From: Candidatus Woesearchaeota archaeon
GTDB lineage: Archaea > Nanobdellota > Nanobdellia > Woesearchaeales > 21-14-0-10-32-9
Length of the DNA: 64,000 nt
NCBI GenBank assembly: GCA_047602735.1
Contig: JBLKOK010000002.1
Coordinates: 112,483-176,482, forward strand
Direction: 5' to 3'
The notes under the pieces are model-generated. The model did not search any database. It saw only the letters and a list, made by a program, of their open reading frames with translations, and was not told where the DNA came from. The translations under genes were made by a program, and so were the position numbers. Below, piece after piece: positions 44,879 to 55,115 of this stretch (the first letter of the stretch is position 1; every line of letters begins with the position of its first letter).

Positions 44879-45265
44879 ATGATTTGTTTAGATTCTAGTT
44901 TTGTAATTGATTATTTTAAAGGAGATAAAGATGCTAATAAAATGATTAAAAAGTTAGATTTTGAAACTGTTTTTTTAACTGAAATTAGTGTTTTTGAAAT
45001 ATCTGTAGGTATGATTAATACTAATAAGAAAAACTTAGATATGCTTCTTAGGTTTTTAGATAAAATAAAAATAATACCTACTACTACGATGTTTTCTTTA
45101 GAAGCGGCAAGAATAAAAAAAGAGTTAGAATTAAAAGGGATGGCTATAGATAGTATGGATTTGCTTATTGCAGGTATGATGAGAAGTTATGGTTTTAGTA
45201 AGATTTTGACAAGGAATAAGAAGTATTTTGAGAAAATAGATGGTTTAGAAGTTATTAGTTATTAG
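44879..45265 (+). CDS. vapC: PIN-domain toxin VapC
   Basis: 128 aa, MICLDSSFVIDYF.. (first acidic PIN residue), E in TEISVFE and D in DSMDLLIAG. Confidence 0.75.
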   Translation: MICLDSSFVIDYFKGDKDANKMIKKLDFETVFLTEISVFEISVGMINTNKKNLDMLLRFLDKIKIIPTTTMFSLEAARIKKELELKGMAIDSMDLLIAGMMRSYGFSKILTRNKKYFEKIDGLEVISY

Positions 45266-45675
45266 TTTAAGAATTCGTTTATTATTTTTTTTGCTTGGTT
45301 TATTGATGAGTATTTTTTTGTTTGGAAGTATTTGTTTCCGTTTATCATTGCGCTTAGTTTTTTGTTTTTGTTTTCGTTAAATAAGCATAATGTTTTTTTG
45401 TTTAGTGTTTGTGCTATTCCTAGTTCGTATCCTACGCCTAGGCTGGGATTTGTTACTTCTGCTATTATTAGGTCTGCTTTTTTTAGCCAGTCTAGGTCTC
45501 TTTGAAATATGTGTTCGTCTGAGGTGTTTTTTTCTCCAAGGCTTGTTAGTGCTGCTTTTCCTATGTGTTCTGTTAAGACGTTTGCTTTGGTCGATATGTG
45601 TTTTATTAGTTCTAAGTATGTTTCTTGGTCTTCTCTTCCTCCTCTTATTGATGCTGCGAAGTATATTGTTTTCAT
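45262..45675 (-). CDS. 2'-deoxynucleoside 5'-phosphate N-hydrolase (DNPH1/Rcl-like, nucleoside 2-deoxyribosyltransferase superfamily)
   Basis: MKTIYFAASIRGGREDQETYLELI..VLTEHIG and PSLGVGYELG match the DNPH1 signature. Confidence 0.8.
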   Translation of the reverse strand: MKTIYFAASIRGGREDQETYLELIKHISTKANVLTEHIGKAALTSLGEKNTSDEHIFQRDLDWLKKADLIIAEVTNPSLGVGYELGIAQTLNKKTLCLFNENKNKKLSAMINGNKYFQTKKYSSINQAKKIINEFLN

Positions 45676-45733
45676 GTTAATAAAATAAGGTTCATCTAAA
45701 TATTTATATAGTTTGTTTTATTATTATTTTTTT

Positions 45734-46117
45734 ATGAGAAGAGATGTTTCTAATTGGTGGCTTCAAGCATTAGAAGATTTTGAGAATGCTAAGGATTGTT
45801 TGAAGCTTGAAAAGTTTTATTTGGTTGCTTTTTTGGTTCAGCAAGCTGTTGAAAAAGGTCTTAAAGCTTATTATATTTTAAAAAAAGAGGATTTTCCTGA
45901 TAAAACACATTCACTTATTTATTTGGGTAAGGAGCTTGATGTTCCAAATAATTTGATGTCTAATTTGAGAAAAATTAATCCTGATTTTATTTATACTAGG
46001 TATCCTGATTTGGATGGAGTTCCACCTTATCTTGCTTATGATAAGGTTATTGCGAGTGAAAGAGTTTTGATGGGTGATGAAATCATAAAATGGTTAAAGA
46101 GTATGATAGAGAAGTAA
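45734..46117 (+). CDS. HEPN domain protein (toxin-like partner of MNT)
   Basis: MRRDVSNWWLQALEDFENAKDCL..FLVQQAVEKGLKAYY, a HEPN-type helical pattern (the R-x4-6-H motif was not located by eye). Overlaps the following nucleotidyltransferase gene. Confidence 0.7.
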   Translation: MRRDVSNWWLQALEDFENAKDCLKLEKFYLVAFLVQQAVEKGLKAYYILKKEDFPDKTHSLIYLGKELDVPNNLMSNLRKINPDFIYTRYPDLDGVPPYLAYDKVIASERVLMGDEIIKWLKSMIEK

Positions 46118-46401
46118 TTGATTTTAAGGAAAGTATTCTTAAAAAATATCCTGATGCTAAAATAATTATGTTTGGGTCTAGAGCTAGAGGTACTAATTTG
46201 AAAAGTAGTGATTTTGATTTTGTTGTATTGAGTGATTTTTTTGAGAATAAGAAAACTCCAAAACGGTTAGAAGAAGTTTATTTGTTTTGGGATAGTAAGT
46301 TTAATGCTGATATTTTGCCTTATACTTTTGAAGAATTTGAGGAACAGTCTAAACTTTTTACTATTGCAAGAAAGGCAAAGCTTGAAGGAATTTTTATTTA
46401 A
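46090..46401 (+). CDS. Minimal nucleotidyltransferase (MNT) domain protein
   Basis: IIMFGSRARGTNLKSSDFDFVVL is the G[SG]x9-13DxD nucleotidyltransferase motif. 103 aa. Confidence 0.75.
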   Translation: MVKEYDREVIDFKESILKKYPDAKIIMFGSRARGTNLKSSDFDFVVLSDFFENKKTPKRLEEVYLFWDSKFNADILPYTFEEFEEQSKLFTIARKAKLEGIFI

Positions 46402-46900
46402 GTTTGAAGCTTACTGCTTTTTTTGCTATGTCTTCGTATCCTAGGCTTTTTATGAAGCTTTTTAGTTCTTGTGCTTGTCTTAAAGAACCAGGTTTTGTTG
46501 CCATGCTACATATTATTACTGGTACTGAGTATTTTTTTGCTAGTTTTAGGTTTTGTTTTATTCTTCCAATTATTAGTGGTTTTTCTTGGCTTTCTATTAG
46601 TGGTTCTGTTGCTATTACTAGTGTTTTTTTGTGTTCTTTCATAAGTTTCATGTGTACTTGGTTCATTCCGCTTCTTCTGTGGTGTACTGAGTCTTTTTCT
46701 TCTAGGTATTCTGCTCCGAAGTGGTATGGTTTTTGTTTGTTTTCTATGTTACTTCTTGTTGCTTTAGAAAAGTGTAGTTCGTATTCTTTTGATATGTATG
46801 AGTCACGTTTTTTTTCTAAGAATATTATTTGGTTTCCTAGTTTTTTGGAAACATCTTTTATTTCTTGTTCGAATTCGTTTTTTATTGCAATATCTAACAT
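46394..46900 (-). CDS. rnp3: RNase P protein component 3 (Rpp30-like), short form
   Basis: The C-terminal two thirds, SGMNQVHMKLMKEHKKTLVIATEPLI..IGRIKQNLKLAKKYSVPVIICSMATKPGSLRQAQELKSFIKSLG, are colinear with archaeal Rpp30 (..IDHVLAKL..ALGFSLRPLL..KYKVP..TSSA..R.P.DL..LG..) as I recall it. Confidence 0.55.
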   Translation of the reverse strand: MLDIAIKNEFEQEIKDVSKKLGNQIIFLEKKRDSYISKEYELHFSKATRSNIENKQKPYHFGAEYLEEKDSVHHRRSGMNQVHMKLMKEHKKTLVIATEPLIESQEKPLIIGRIKQNLKLAKKYSVPVIICSMATKPGSLRQAQELKSFIKSLGYEDIAKKAVSFKLK

Positions 46901-46947
46901 TTGATTAATGAGTATTTTTTTATAGTTTAATATGTTTTTGTTTATTT

Positions 46948-47112
46948 ATGTTTGTTGTTAAATGTCCAAAATGTGGTAATAATCAAAAAACTGATCCTAG
47001 AATTGGTAAGCTTAGTGATGTATCTAAAAAAGTTAAGAAATGTGTTTATTGTGGTCATAGTTTTAAGATTCATCCAAATATTGACAAAACCCGAATTGTT
47101 AGTCGAGATTGA
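46948..47112 (+). CDS. 54-aa zinc-ribbon protein (below the ORF-track cut-off)
   Basis: Own translation: MFVVKCPKCGNNQKTDPRIGKLSDVSKKVKKCVYCGHSFKIHPNIDKTRIVSRD, with two CxxC pairs. Possibly DUF1922-like. Confidence 0.45.
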   Translation: MFVVKCPKCGNNQKTDPRIGKLSDVSKKVKKCVYCGHSFKIHPNIDKTRIVSRD

Positions 47113-47572
47113 GGTATTGAGTTATTAGTTTTTTTTCTGTTTCGAAGTCTTTTGGATTTTTTTGTTCTATTAGGTTTTGTGCTCTGCTTACATATTTTAT
47201 TTCTGCTACATCGTGTAGTGCGTCAAATCCTACAGGTATTTGGCTTGACATAGACATCATTTGTAGTTTGAGTCGCTCATTTGCTATTTTTGTTGAAAGC
47301 CTCTCATCTTTATATATTATTTGGGCTTTTAATTCTTTTACGTATAGATCTGCTAGTTCTGATATTACTTCCACCATGTTTTGTGATGTAGGGTTTTGTT
47401 TGTAGTTTGATAATGCTTCTTCACATTCTTTTTTTTCAGAGTTTCTTACTTTATTCCATCTTTCATCATAGAATGTTTCTCCTATTGCTGAGTCTAAGAA
47501 TGTTTTTTTATCTAGTTTTCCGTGGTATAAGTAGTGTATTGCTTCATTTAAGTTTAGTTTTTGTTTTTCCAT
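47099..47572 (-). CDS. Hypothetical all-helical protein
   Basis: 157-aa ORF with typical local codon bias. No motif I can name with confidence. Confidence 0.4.
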   Translation of the reverse strand: MEKQKLNLNEAIHYLYHGKLDKKTFLDSAIGETFYDERWNKVRNSEKKECEEALSNYKQNPTSQNMVEVISELADLYVKELKAQIIYKDERLSTKIANERLKLQMMSMSSQIPVGFDALHDVAEIKYVSRAQNLIEQKNPKDFETEKKLITQYLNLD

Positions 47573-47680
47573 CAGATTTTTTTGGAATCAATATTAGTTT
47601 TTAAACCTATTTAATTTCCATATAGAAATTAATTATTAATCAAAACACTTATAAACCCTTTTTAGCCCCATAATATTATA

Positions 47681-50149
47681 ATGACTGATAATGAAAAAAT
47701 AGAACATTCTAATATAATTCCACAAGTAATAGAAGATGAGATGAAAGACGCATACTTAGATTATAGTATGTCTGTTATTGTAGGTAGGGCTTTGCCTGAT
47801 GCTAGAGACGGTTTGAAACCTGTTCATAGACGTATTCTTTTTGCTATGCACAGTCTTGGTATGACTCACAAGTCTTCTTATAGAAAAAGTGCTAGAATCG
47901 TAGGGGAAGTTCTTGGTCGTTTACATCCGCATGGAGATAGCGCAGTTTATGATTCTTTAGTTCGTATGGCTCAGCCTTTTAGTTTACGTTATCCTTTAGT
48001 TGATGGCCAAGGTAATTTTGGTAGTGTTGATGGAGATAACGCAGCAGCTATGAGGTATACTGAGGCTCGTTTACAAAAAATTAGCCAAGAACTTTTAGAT
48101 GATTTAGAAAAAGAAACTGTTGATTTCATGGATAATTTTGATGGTACTATGCAAGAGCCTACTGTGCTTCCAAATAAGATTCCTAACTTGTTAATTAATG
48201 GTAGTACTGGTATTGCTGTTGGTATGGCTACAAATATTCCACCTCATAATTTAAAGGAGGTGTGTGATGGTGCTGTTGCTTTAATTGAAAATCCTGATAT
48301 TGAAGATTCTGATTTGTTTGAATTAGTTAAGGGTCCTGATTTTCCAACTGGAGGTATTATTCTTGGAAGAAGAGGTATTTATGATGCTTTAAAGACTGGT
48401 AGGGGTCGTGTTGTTGTTAGAAGTAAGATTCATGTTGAAGAAAAAAACGATAGGAAAAAATTAGTTGTTACTGAAATTCCTTACATGGTTAATAAGGCTA
48501 ATTTGGTTGAGCAAATTGCTGATCTTGTCAAAGATAAAAAAGTCGAAGGCATTTCTGATTTAAGAGATGAAAGTGATAGACAAGGTATGAGAATTGTTAT
48601 TGATCTTAAAAGAGATGCAGAAGTAGAAGTTGTTAAAAATCAATTATTCAAATATAGTAGGCTCCAAGATAGTTTTAGTGTTTTAATGTTAGCACTTGTT
48701 AAAAATCAACCTAAGACTCTTAATCTAAGAGAATTGTTAGCTCAGTTTATTTTACACAGAAAAGATGTTGTTAGAAGAAGAACCGAGTTTGATTTAAAGA
48801 AGAGTGAGGCTAGAGCTCATATATTAGAAGGATTACTTATAGCTCTTGATAACATAGATGAGGTTATTGCTTTAATTAAAGCTAGCGGTAGTAGTGCTGA
48901 GGCAAAGACTAACTTGATGAGTAGTTATGATTTGTCTGAAGATCAAAGCCAAGCTATATTGGAGATGAGGCTTCAAAAGCTTGCAAAGCTTGAGAGTACT
49001 AAGATTAAGGAAGAATATGATGAATTGATGAAGTTAATCAAAGAGCTTAAAGAAATTTTAGCAGATGAACAAAAGATTTTAGATATTATTCGTGAAGAAT
49101 TAGTTAATGTTTCTGAGCAGTATGGAGATGATAGAAGAAGTGCTATTGATGAAACTGAGTATGAAGATGTTGATATGGAAGATCTTATCCCTGAAGAGGA
49201 TATGGTTGTTACTTTAAGCAAGGAAGGTTATGTAAAGAGAACTAGTATTGATACTTATAAGGTTCAAAGACGTGGTGGCGTTGGAGTTATTGGTAGTACA
49301 AATAAAGAAGATGATTTTACTACTAGTTTATTTATTGCAAATACTCATAGTTATTTACTTGTTTTTACTGATAAAGGAATTGTGCATTGGCTTAAAGTGT
49401 ATAAGATTCCTGAAAGTTCAAGGTATAGTAAAGGTAAGGCAATAGTAAATCTTATCGATATTGGTAAAGAGGAAAATATTTCTGCAGTTATCCCTGTTAA
49501 AGAATTTAGTGAAGATAAATTCTTATTGATTGCTACACGAAATGGTATTGTTAAAAAGACTAGTCTTAGTGCTTATAGTAGGCCTAGACGAAATGGTATT
49601 ATTGCTTGTACTCTTGATGAAGGAGATGAAGTTGTTGGAGTTAAATTAACTACTGGTAGTGATGAAGTTATGCTTGCTACAAGAAAAGGTATGGCTTGTA
49701 AGTTTAATGAACAAGATGCAAGGCCTATTGGAAGGACTAGTAGAGGTGTTAAAGGTATTACTCTTAAAGGAGATGATAAGGTTGTTAGTATGATTATTGT
49801 TAATGATGAGACTGATGTTTTAACTCTTACAAGTAAGGGTTATGGTAAAAGAACTGTTGCTTCTATGTATAGGTTGATTAATCGTGGCGGTAAAGGTGTT
49901 ATTAATATTAATTGTACTTCTAAGAACGGCGAAGTTGTTAGTGTTAAATCAGTTTTAGGTGATGAGCAGCTTATGCTTACAACAAAGAAAGGTATGGTTG
50001 TTAGAACAAAGGTTGAAAGTATTAGTAGTATTGGTAGAAATACTCAAGGAGTTAGAGTTATAAGACTTAGAGAAGATGATGAGCTTATGGCTGCTGCTAA
50101 ACTTATTTTAGAAGATGAGCAAGATGAACCTGTTGAGAGTTCAGATTAA
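47681..50149 (+). CDS. gyrA: DNA gyrase subunit A
   Basis: 822 aa. [25 protein letters not shown], the active-site region [10 protein letters not shown], and a C-terminal beta-pinwheel with repeated GxGV..I motifs. Confidence 0.95.
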   Translation: MTDNEKIEHSNIIPQVIEDEMKDAYLDYSMSVIVGRALPDARDGLKPVHRRILFAMHSLGMTHKSSYRKSARIVGEVLGRLHPHGDSAVYDSLVRMAQPFSLRYPLVDGQGNFGSVDGDNAAAMRYTEARLQKISQELLDDLEKETVDFMDNFDGTMQEPTVLPNKIPNLLINGSTGIAVGMATNIPPHNLKEVCDGAVALIENPDIEDSDLFELVKGPDFPTGGIILGRRGIYDALKTGRGRVVVRSKIHVEEKNDRKKLVVTEIPYMVNKANLVEQIADLVKDKKVEGISDLRDESDRQGMRIVIDLKRDAEVEVVKNQLFKYSRLQDSFSVLMLALVKNQPKTLNLRELLAQFILHRKDVVRRRTEFDLKKSEARAHILEGLLIALDNIDEVIALIKASGSSAEAKTNLMSSYDLSEDQSQAILEMRLQKLAKLESTKIKEEYDELMKLIKELKEILADEQKILDIIREELVNVSEQYGDDRRSAIDETEYEDVDMEDLIPEEDMVVTLSKEGYVKRTSIDTYKVQRRGGVGVIGSTNKEDDFTTSLFIANTHSYLLVFTDKGIVHWLKVYKIPESSRYSKGKAIVNLIDIGKEENISAVIPVKEFSEDKFLLIATRNGIVKKTSLSAYSRPRRNGIIACTLDEGDEVVGVKLTTGSDEVMLATRKGMACKFNEQDARPIGRTSRGVKGITLKGDDKVVSMIIVNDETDVLTLTSKGYGKRTVASMYRLINRGGKGVININCTSKNGEVVSVKSVLGDEQLMLTTKKGMVVRTKVESISSIGRNTQGVRVIRLREDDELMAAAKLILEDEQDEPVESSD

Positions 50150-50183
50150 ATAATAAATTATTTATATATTTCTTACTTTTAAG

Positions 50184-50429
50184 ATGATTGAAGAAATAAA
50201 AACTACGACTATAACAAGTAAAGGTCAAATTTCTATACCTGTAAAGCTTAGAAAATCTAAGGGTTTTAAAGAAGGAGATAAACTTGCAATAATAACTTAT
50301 GAAGACAGAATTGAGCTTAGACCTTTATTTCAGGTTAATGAAAAAATGCAAACTGCGTATGCTAGCCAAGAGCTTCTTGCAAAAGATTGGGAGAGTAAAG
50401 AAGAGGATGAGGCATGGAAAAACTTATGA
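50184..50429 (+). CDS. AbrB/MazE/SpoVT-family antitoxin
   Basis: ITSKGQISIPVKLRKSKGFKEGDKLAI is the swapped-hairpin SpoVT-AbrB motif. Confidence 0.7.
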   Translation: MIEEIKTTTITSKGQISIPVKLRKSKGFKEGDKLAIITYEDRIELRPLFQVNEKMQTAYASQELLAKDWESKEEDEAWKNL

Positions 50430-50482
50430 AAGGAGATGTAGTTGTTGTTCCTTTTCCGTTTTCTGATTTTATAAAAAATTAA
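50426..50482 (+). pseudogene. Truncated MazF/PemK-type toxin remnant (18 codons)
   Basis: ATGA-coupled to the antitoxin. It translates to MKGDVVVVPFPFSDFIKN-stop, the canonical N-terminus of MazF/PemK toxins, then terminates where the convergent GH13 gene ends. Confidence 0.5.
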
Positions 50483-52428
50483 TCTACACTTTTTAATATT
50501 AGTACTTGGTATGGTGCAATTGTTTTTAGTTGTATTTCGCGGTCAAGTACTTCAAAAGAAGAGCTTTTATGGTTTTCAAATATTTTCGGGTAGCTTGTCA
50601 TTCCAAGCCCTGAGTATTTGAATTCGTCGCTGTTTAATATTAGCTCAAAATCTTTTTTTGAATCAAGTCCTACTTTGTAATCGTGATGTTTCCAGCTCGT
50701 TAGGTTTATTATTATTACGTATTTTGATTTGTTTGATTCTCTTGTTATTACTAGTATTTTGTTTTTGTCATCTACATTTAAGAATTTTCTTTTATCTGTA
50801 TTTATTGGGTGGAATGCTTCGTCTTCCATTAATAGGTTTATTTGTTTTTTATATTCTACTAGGCTTTGGCTGACTGGGCTTTGTAAAAGTTCCCATCTTA
50901 TGCTTGAGTCGTGTTCAAATGTTCCTGGTTGTAATAAGAATGTTTGTAATAAGTCTAGTGTTCTTCCTTCGCATCCAAATGATATTATTGCTTCCATCAC
51001 TTTTATTTTCCCGATTGCGTGAACATGGTTTTCAGGTCTGTGATACGTCATAGCGTCATATGCGAAGCTTCCTGTTGCTCTAAGTTCCATTAGTCCTGCC
51101 GCTGCGTCGTGGTTGTGAAAGTCTGCTATTGTGGAGTTGCTTTTTCCCCATTCTTTTTCGTCATTTATGTGTTTAAATTTCCATGCAGATATTACATCTC
51201 CTTTTTTTAACATGTATTCTGTGTGAAGATAATATGTTAGTCTACTACTATTATATGCTGTTGCTCCAAGTGCTCTTCTATCACTTTTTATTGGTGCTAC
51301 TAGCATTTTTGCGTTGTCTTCAAAAAAGTAGTGTGCTTCAAAGTTTATTATTGAATTTGAGTTTTGGTTATAAATTGCTTGGTTTAGCTCTTTTAAGAAT
51401 AGTCTTCCGTTTTCTCTTTCAGCTCCGTCTCCATTTGGTCCGTATCTTATTATTCCATCTACGTTATCGATTCTAAATCCGTCTATTAAGTAGTTTTTTT
51501 GAAAATGTAGACAGCTTTCAACGAAGAATCTTCTAACTTCTTCATCGTCATAATTTATTCTCATTGTTCCCCAATGAGTTTCTTCTTTGAAGTATAGGTA
51601 GTCATGGTTTTTTTTCCATACGTGTAAGCCGTTATTTTCAAAGTCTTGTCCAAATATTTTGTAATCTTTGTGAGGTATGTGGCCTAATACGAAGTCTCCT
51701 ATTACTGCTATTTCGTGTTTGTGAAATTCATCTATCATTTGTTTAAATGAATCTGGGTCTCCCCAGTTTTTTTGTATTGCGTGTTGAAAAGGTACTAAGT
51801 ATCTAAATTTCCAGTTGTCTCCATCTATGCTTTGGGCAAATGGTAAGAATTGTATTGCGTTAAATCCTAATTCTTTTATTTTTTTTATTACTCCACTTTT
51901 TGTTATGAATTCAAAATAGTTTTTTTTAGGTATTTGTTGACCTAGTTTTTGTCCGTCGTTGTAATGTACTATTAGTCCTGGTAGGTCTGTTTGGAGTATT
52001 CTTATACTTTTTTTTGTATTTGCAAAAGAGTATTTTGATTTATAGGTTGTTGGGTCTTCAAAGTCCCAGAATACACTGTTTCCTTCATCGTCAAAATATG
52101 TTGATGCAGGATCTTGGTATAGTTTTTTTTGATTATTTGTTATTACTAGTAATTTATATTTTTGTTTGTGTTTTATTTTTGTTTCTAAGATTTTTGTGTT
52201 GTTTTCTTGTTTAAATTTGTATTGAGCTAAATTATTTGGGTTTTGTTCCCAGTTGTTAAAGTCTCCTGTTAGGTATATTTCTTCTTGGTTTTTTGAGAGT
52301 ACTTGAAATCTTATTAGTTCTGCTTTGTTTTCTTTGTTTCTTTTTATTACAAGTGGCCCAAAGCTTGGTTTAAAGTTTAAGTTAAGAATGTTTTTTTTAT
52401 GTTGGTTTTGCCATTCGTAATCTTCCAT
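50479..52428 (-). CDS. GH13 alpha-amylase-family enzyme, 1,4-alpha-glucan branching-enzyme-like (CBM48 + catalytic barrel)
   Basis: LTGDFNNWE (CBM48-like), region I VIGDFVLGHIP, region II DGFRIDNVDG, NFEAHYF and FHNHDAA. Confidence 0.75.
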   Translation of the reverse strand: MEDYEWQNQHKKNILNLNFKPSFGPLVIKRNKENKAELIRFQVLSKNQEEIYLTGDFNNWEQNPNNLAQYKFKQENNTKILETKIKHKQKYKLLVITNNQKKLYQDPASTYFDDEGNSVFWDFEDPTTYKSKYSFANTKKSIRILQTDLPGLIVHYNDGQKLGQQIPKKNYFEFITKSGVIKKIKELGFNAIQFLPFAQSIDGDNWKFRYLVPFQHAIQKNWGDPDSFKQMIDEFHKHEIAVIGDFVLGHIPHKDYKIFGQDFENNGLHVWKKNHDYLYFKEETHWGTMRINYDDEEVRRFFVESCLHFQKNYLIDGFRIDNVDGIIRYGPNGDGAERENGRLFLKELNQAIYNQNSNSIINFEAHYFFEDNAKMLVAPIKSDRRALGATAYNSSRLTYYLHTEYMLKKGDVISAWKFKHINDEKEWGKSNSTIADFHNHDAAAGLMELRATGSFAYDAMTYHRPENHVHAIGKIKVMEAIISFGCEGRTLDLLQTFLLQPGTFEHDSSIRWELLQSPVSQSLVEYKKQINLLMEDEAFHPINTDKRKFLNVDDKNKILVITRESNKSKYVIIINLTSWKHHDYKVGLDSKKDFELILNSDEFKYSGLGMTSYPKIFENHKSSSFEVLDREIQLKTIAPYQVLILKSVD

Positions 52429-52522
52429 TATAATTGTTTTATGTTATTAGTTTTAAATATATTTTCATAAAGCTTAAATATAAGATTAGACTACTTATTA
52501 GTAATTACAAAAGGCAAGGTTT

Positions 52523-53263
52523 GTGGATTTTTTTAAAAAATATACAATAAAAGGAAAAATTGAGCAAGAACTCAAAACTAGATTTAAGGATATAAACTTA
52601 GAACGAGCAGTTAATTTACATGTTGATGCAGTTAAACTTACTAGTAAAAAAGATGTTGATTTTTTCTTAAGATTATATGAAGAAGACACAAAAGAGTATT
52701 TGACTAAAACTCCAAAAAATGTTGTTTCTTTAAAACAAGTCAATAGCGGGGTTCCAAGAACTTATATTGATAACATGCATGGTTTTGATATTGAAAAAAA
52801 AGATGTTTTAGCCGGGTTTGATGGATTAGCTCAAGGGTTTAAAAAAACAGACCACGTAGGTGTTTTTGCTCAAGAAATAACAAGTATTAATTGTGATTAT
52901 GTAAAGAAGTTTCCAAGTTTAGCTTATGAGTTTGGAAATGTGGTTCCTATGCTCTATGAGCGTCTTAGTAAAAGTAATGCTACTAATTTTTTAGAAGAAG
53001 TAGAACAGTTAGATTTTGAAGTTGTTAAAGATATTTTACATAACCCTCTTAGTTTAATTGATGAACTTAAAACAGAAGAAATTCATAGTTATTTACAAAA
53101 ATATAATTCTAAATTTAAAGAAGTTAAGGAGTCTAAAAAAGAAGCTTTTAAGAATAAGTTTTTATATGAGTTGTTTGAATTAAAAGAACAAGTTATTAAG
53201 AAAAGAAAAGTTAATCTTTCTAATTTGTATGAATTCTTAGAACAAGAGCTTGTTGATTATTGA
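52523..53263 (+). CDS. Hypothetical protein
   Basis: 246-aa ORF from a GTG start. No recognisable motif. Confidence 0.4.
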   Translation: MDFFKKYTIKGKIEQELKTRFKDINLERAVNLHVDAVKLTSKKDVDFFLRLYEEDTKEYLTKTPKNVVSLKQVNSGVPRTYIDNMHGFDIEKKDVLAGFDGLAQGFKKTDHVGVFAQEITSINCDYVKKFPSLAYEFGNVVPMLYERLSKSNATNFLEEVEQLDFEVVKDILHNPLSLIDELKTEEIHSYLQKYNSKFKEVKESKKEAFKNKFLYELFELKEQVIKKRKVNLSNLYEFLEQELVDY

Positions 53264-54369
53264 GATGTTTTTATTCTAAGTATTTTGTCATCGCCTTCGT
53301 TTGGTGTTCCTCTTCCATCTCTATTACTTGTTAGTACATATAAATAGCCATTATGGCTTTTTACATCTCTAAGTCTTCCATAAACGTTTTGTTCTTGATC
53401 ATTAAACCATCTTGTTACTTGTCTTTGTTCAAGGTTTATTTTTAGTAGTGCTCTGCTTCTAAGTGTTGCCACAAATAAATATCCTTCATGAAAGTCCATT
53501 CCTGCTGGAGGTGTTGCTTCTATAAATAAGAATTCTGGGTTTTTGTATTCTGTTTTGTTTGAGTATCCTACTACTTCTGGCCAACCATAGTTTTGTCCTT
53601 TTATGATTTTGTTTATTTCGTCATGACCTAAAATTGCAAATTCTCCACTGGGACCATGTTCAGATGAGTATAGTTCTCCTTGGTTGTTCCATGCAAGTCC
53701 TTGAGAGTTTCTATGTCCGTAAGAGTATATTTCGTTTCCGAAAGGATTACTTTGAGGTATGGCGCCGTCAGGTTTTATTCTTAGTATTTTTCCAGATAGG
53801 CTTTCAAGGCTTTGTGATCTTGATGGTCTGAATTGTTCTCCTGTTGTTATATATAAGTATCCGTCTGGGCCAAATTTTATTCTTCCCCCGTTATGATTTA
53901 GACTTTTTTCTAATCCTTTTAAGATAGATCCGTTGTATATTCCGTTTGAATCGTTGTGTATTATTTTGCTTATTCTGTTATCTTCTGTTGTTGTATACAT
54001 TATGTATATGTACGGGTTGTTTTCAAAATCTGGGTGTTTGTCTATTCCCATGAGTCCTCCTTCGCCTCTAGCGTCTGCTTGTACTTCTAAATAAGGTTCT
54101 GGTTGTAGTTCTCCGTTTTTTATTATTCTTATTCTTCCAGGTCTCTCTGTTACAAGTGCTGTTTCATTATCTAAGAATACTATTGCCCAGGGCACTTCAA
54201 GACCTGTTACCCATTCTTTTATTTCTACGTCCGGGTTTAGTAGATAAGTTTCGTTGAATTCTTCTCCTTGGTTTATTTGAGGTCCTGTTTTTATGTATAT
54301 AAATAAGCTTAGAGATGTGACTGTTAGTAGTATGAATATAGATGTTATTACATATCTTAATCTTGGCAT
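53257..54369 (-). CDS. PQQ-dependent sugar dehydrogenase (soluble glucose/sorbosone dehydrogenase family), N-terminally anchored
   Basis: GGLMGIDKHPDF..PYIYIMYT, HNGGRIKFGPDGYLYITTGE and YSYGHRNSQGLAWN are beta-propeller signatures. N-terminal TM helix. Confidence 0.85.
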   Translation of the reverse strand: MPRLRYVITSIFILLTVTSLSLFIYIKTGPQINQGEEFNETYLLNPDVEIKEWVTGLEVPWAIVFLDNETALVTERPGRIRIIKNGELQPEPYLEVQADARGEGGLMGIDKHPDFENNPYIYIMYTTTEDNRISKIIHNDSNGIYNGSILKGLEKSLNHNGGRIKFGPDGYLYITTGEQFRPSRSQSLESLSGKILRIKPDGAIPQSNPFGNEIYSYGHRNSQGLAWNNQGELYSSEHGPSGEFAILGHDEINKIIKGQNYGWPEVVGYSNKTEYKNPEFLFIEATPPAGMDFHEGYLFVATLRSRALLKINLEQRQVTRWFNDQEQNVYGRLRDVKSHNGYLYVLTSNRDGRGTPNEGDDKILRIKTSQ

Positions 54370-54457
54370 AATTATTAAATAAAAAATTATATTATAAAAG
54401 CTTTTATTAAAATTAGAAACTAAATATTTAAATATTTACACAACTTTCTGTGTATTT

Positions 54458-54700
54458 ATGGCAAATATAACTATTTCTGTACCTGAAAAGATAAAGAAAA
54501 AAATGAAAAAGTTCGACGAAGTAAATTGGTCTGCTTATCTTAGAAAACAAATAGAGAAAAAAACTAAAGAAATAGATGAGCTCGAAGAGTTAAAAAAGCT
54601 TTTAGTAAAAGAAAAAGAAGCAGAATATTTTGCAGTAAACTTACAAAAAAAAGGAAGAAGCGGAAGATTAGAAGAGCTTAAGAAAAAAGGTTTACTATGA
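54458..54700 (+). CDS. Antitoxin-like small protein paired with a PIN toxin
   Basis: 80 aa, MANITISVPEKIKKKMKKF.., 4-nt overlap with the PIN gene. Confidence 0.55.
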   Translation: MANITISVPEKIKKKMKKFDEVNWSAYLRKQIEKKTKEIDELEELKKLLVKEKEAEYFAVNLQKKGRSGRLEELKKKGLL

Positions 54701-55113
54701 ATATCGTTGTAGATACTAATATTTTGATAACATTTTTTTGGAAAGAAAACGTTTTTGAAAAAATGATAAAAAAATACAAGATTAATTGTTATTCTCCTGA
54801 ATTTGCTCTTGAAGAAATAAATAAATATCAAAGTATTATTATAAAAAAAGCAAATATTTCTAAAAAGGAATTTGAAGATAAAAGATTAGAACTTGCAATA
54901 TACGTAAATTTTGTAAGTTTAGAAGAGTATCAAAGTCATTTTAAACAAGCAATAAAAATAAGTCCTGATAAAAACGATGTAGATTTTTTTGCATTATCAC
55001 TTAAAATTGTAAGTCCTGTGTGGTCTAATGATAAGGAATTAAAAAATCAAACTAAAATACCTGTTTTTAGTACTGGTGAAATTTTAGAAAATCCACATAT
55101 TTTATTTAATTAA
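54697..55113 (+). CDS. PIN-domain protein (VapC-like toxin)
   Basis: 138 aa, MNIVVDTNILITFF.. (PIN Asp 1), EFALEEINKY and DVDFFALS. Confidence 0.65.
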   Translation: MNIVVDTNILITFFWKENVFEKMIKKYKINCYSPEFALEEINKYQSIIIKKANISKKEFEDKRLELAIYVNFVSLEEYQSHFKQAIKISPDKNDVDFFALSLKIVSPVWSNDKELKNQTKIPVFSTGEILENPHILFN

Positions 55114-55115
55114 TT

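Noticed and set aside
47681-50149. An intein or insertion in gyrA
   Set aside because: The length (822 aa) and the continuous conserved motifs are normal for GyrA, with no extra block.
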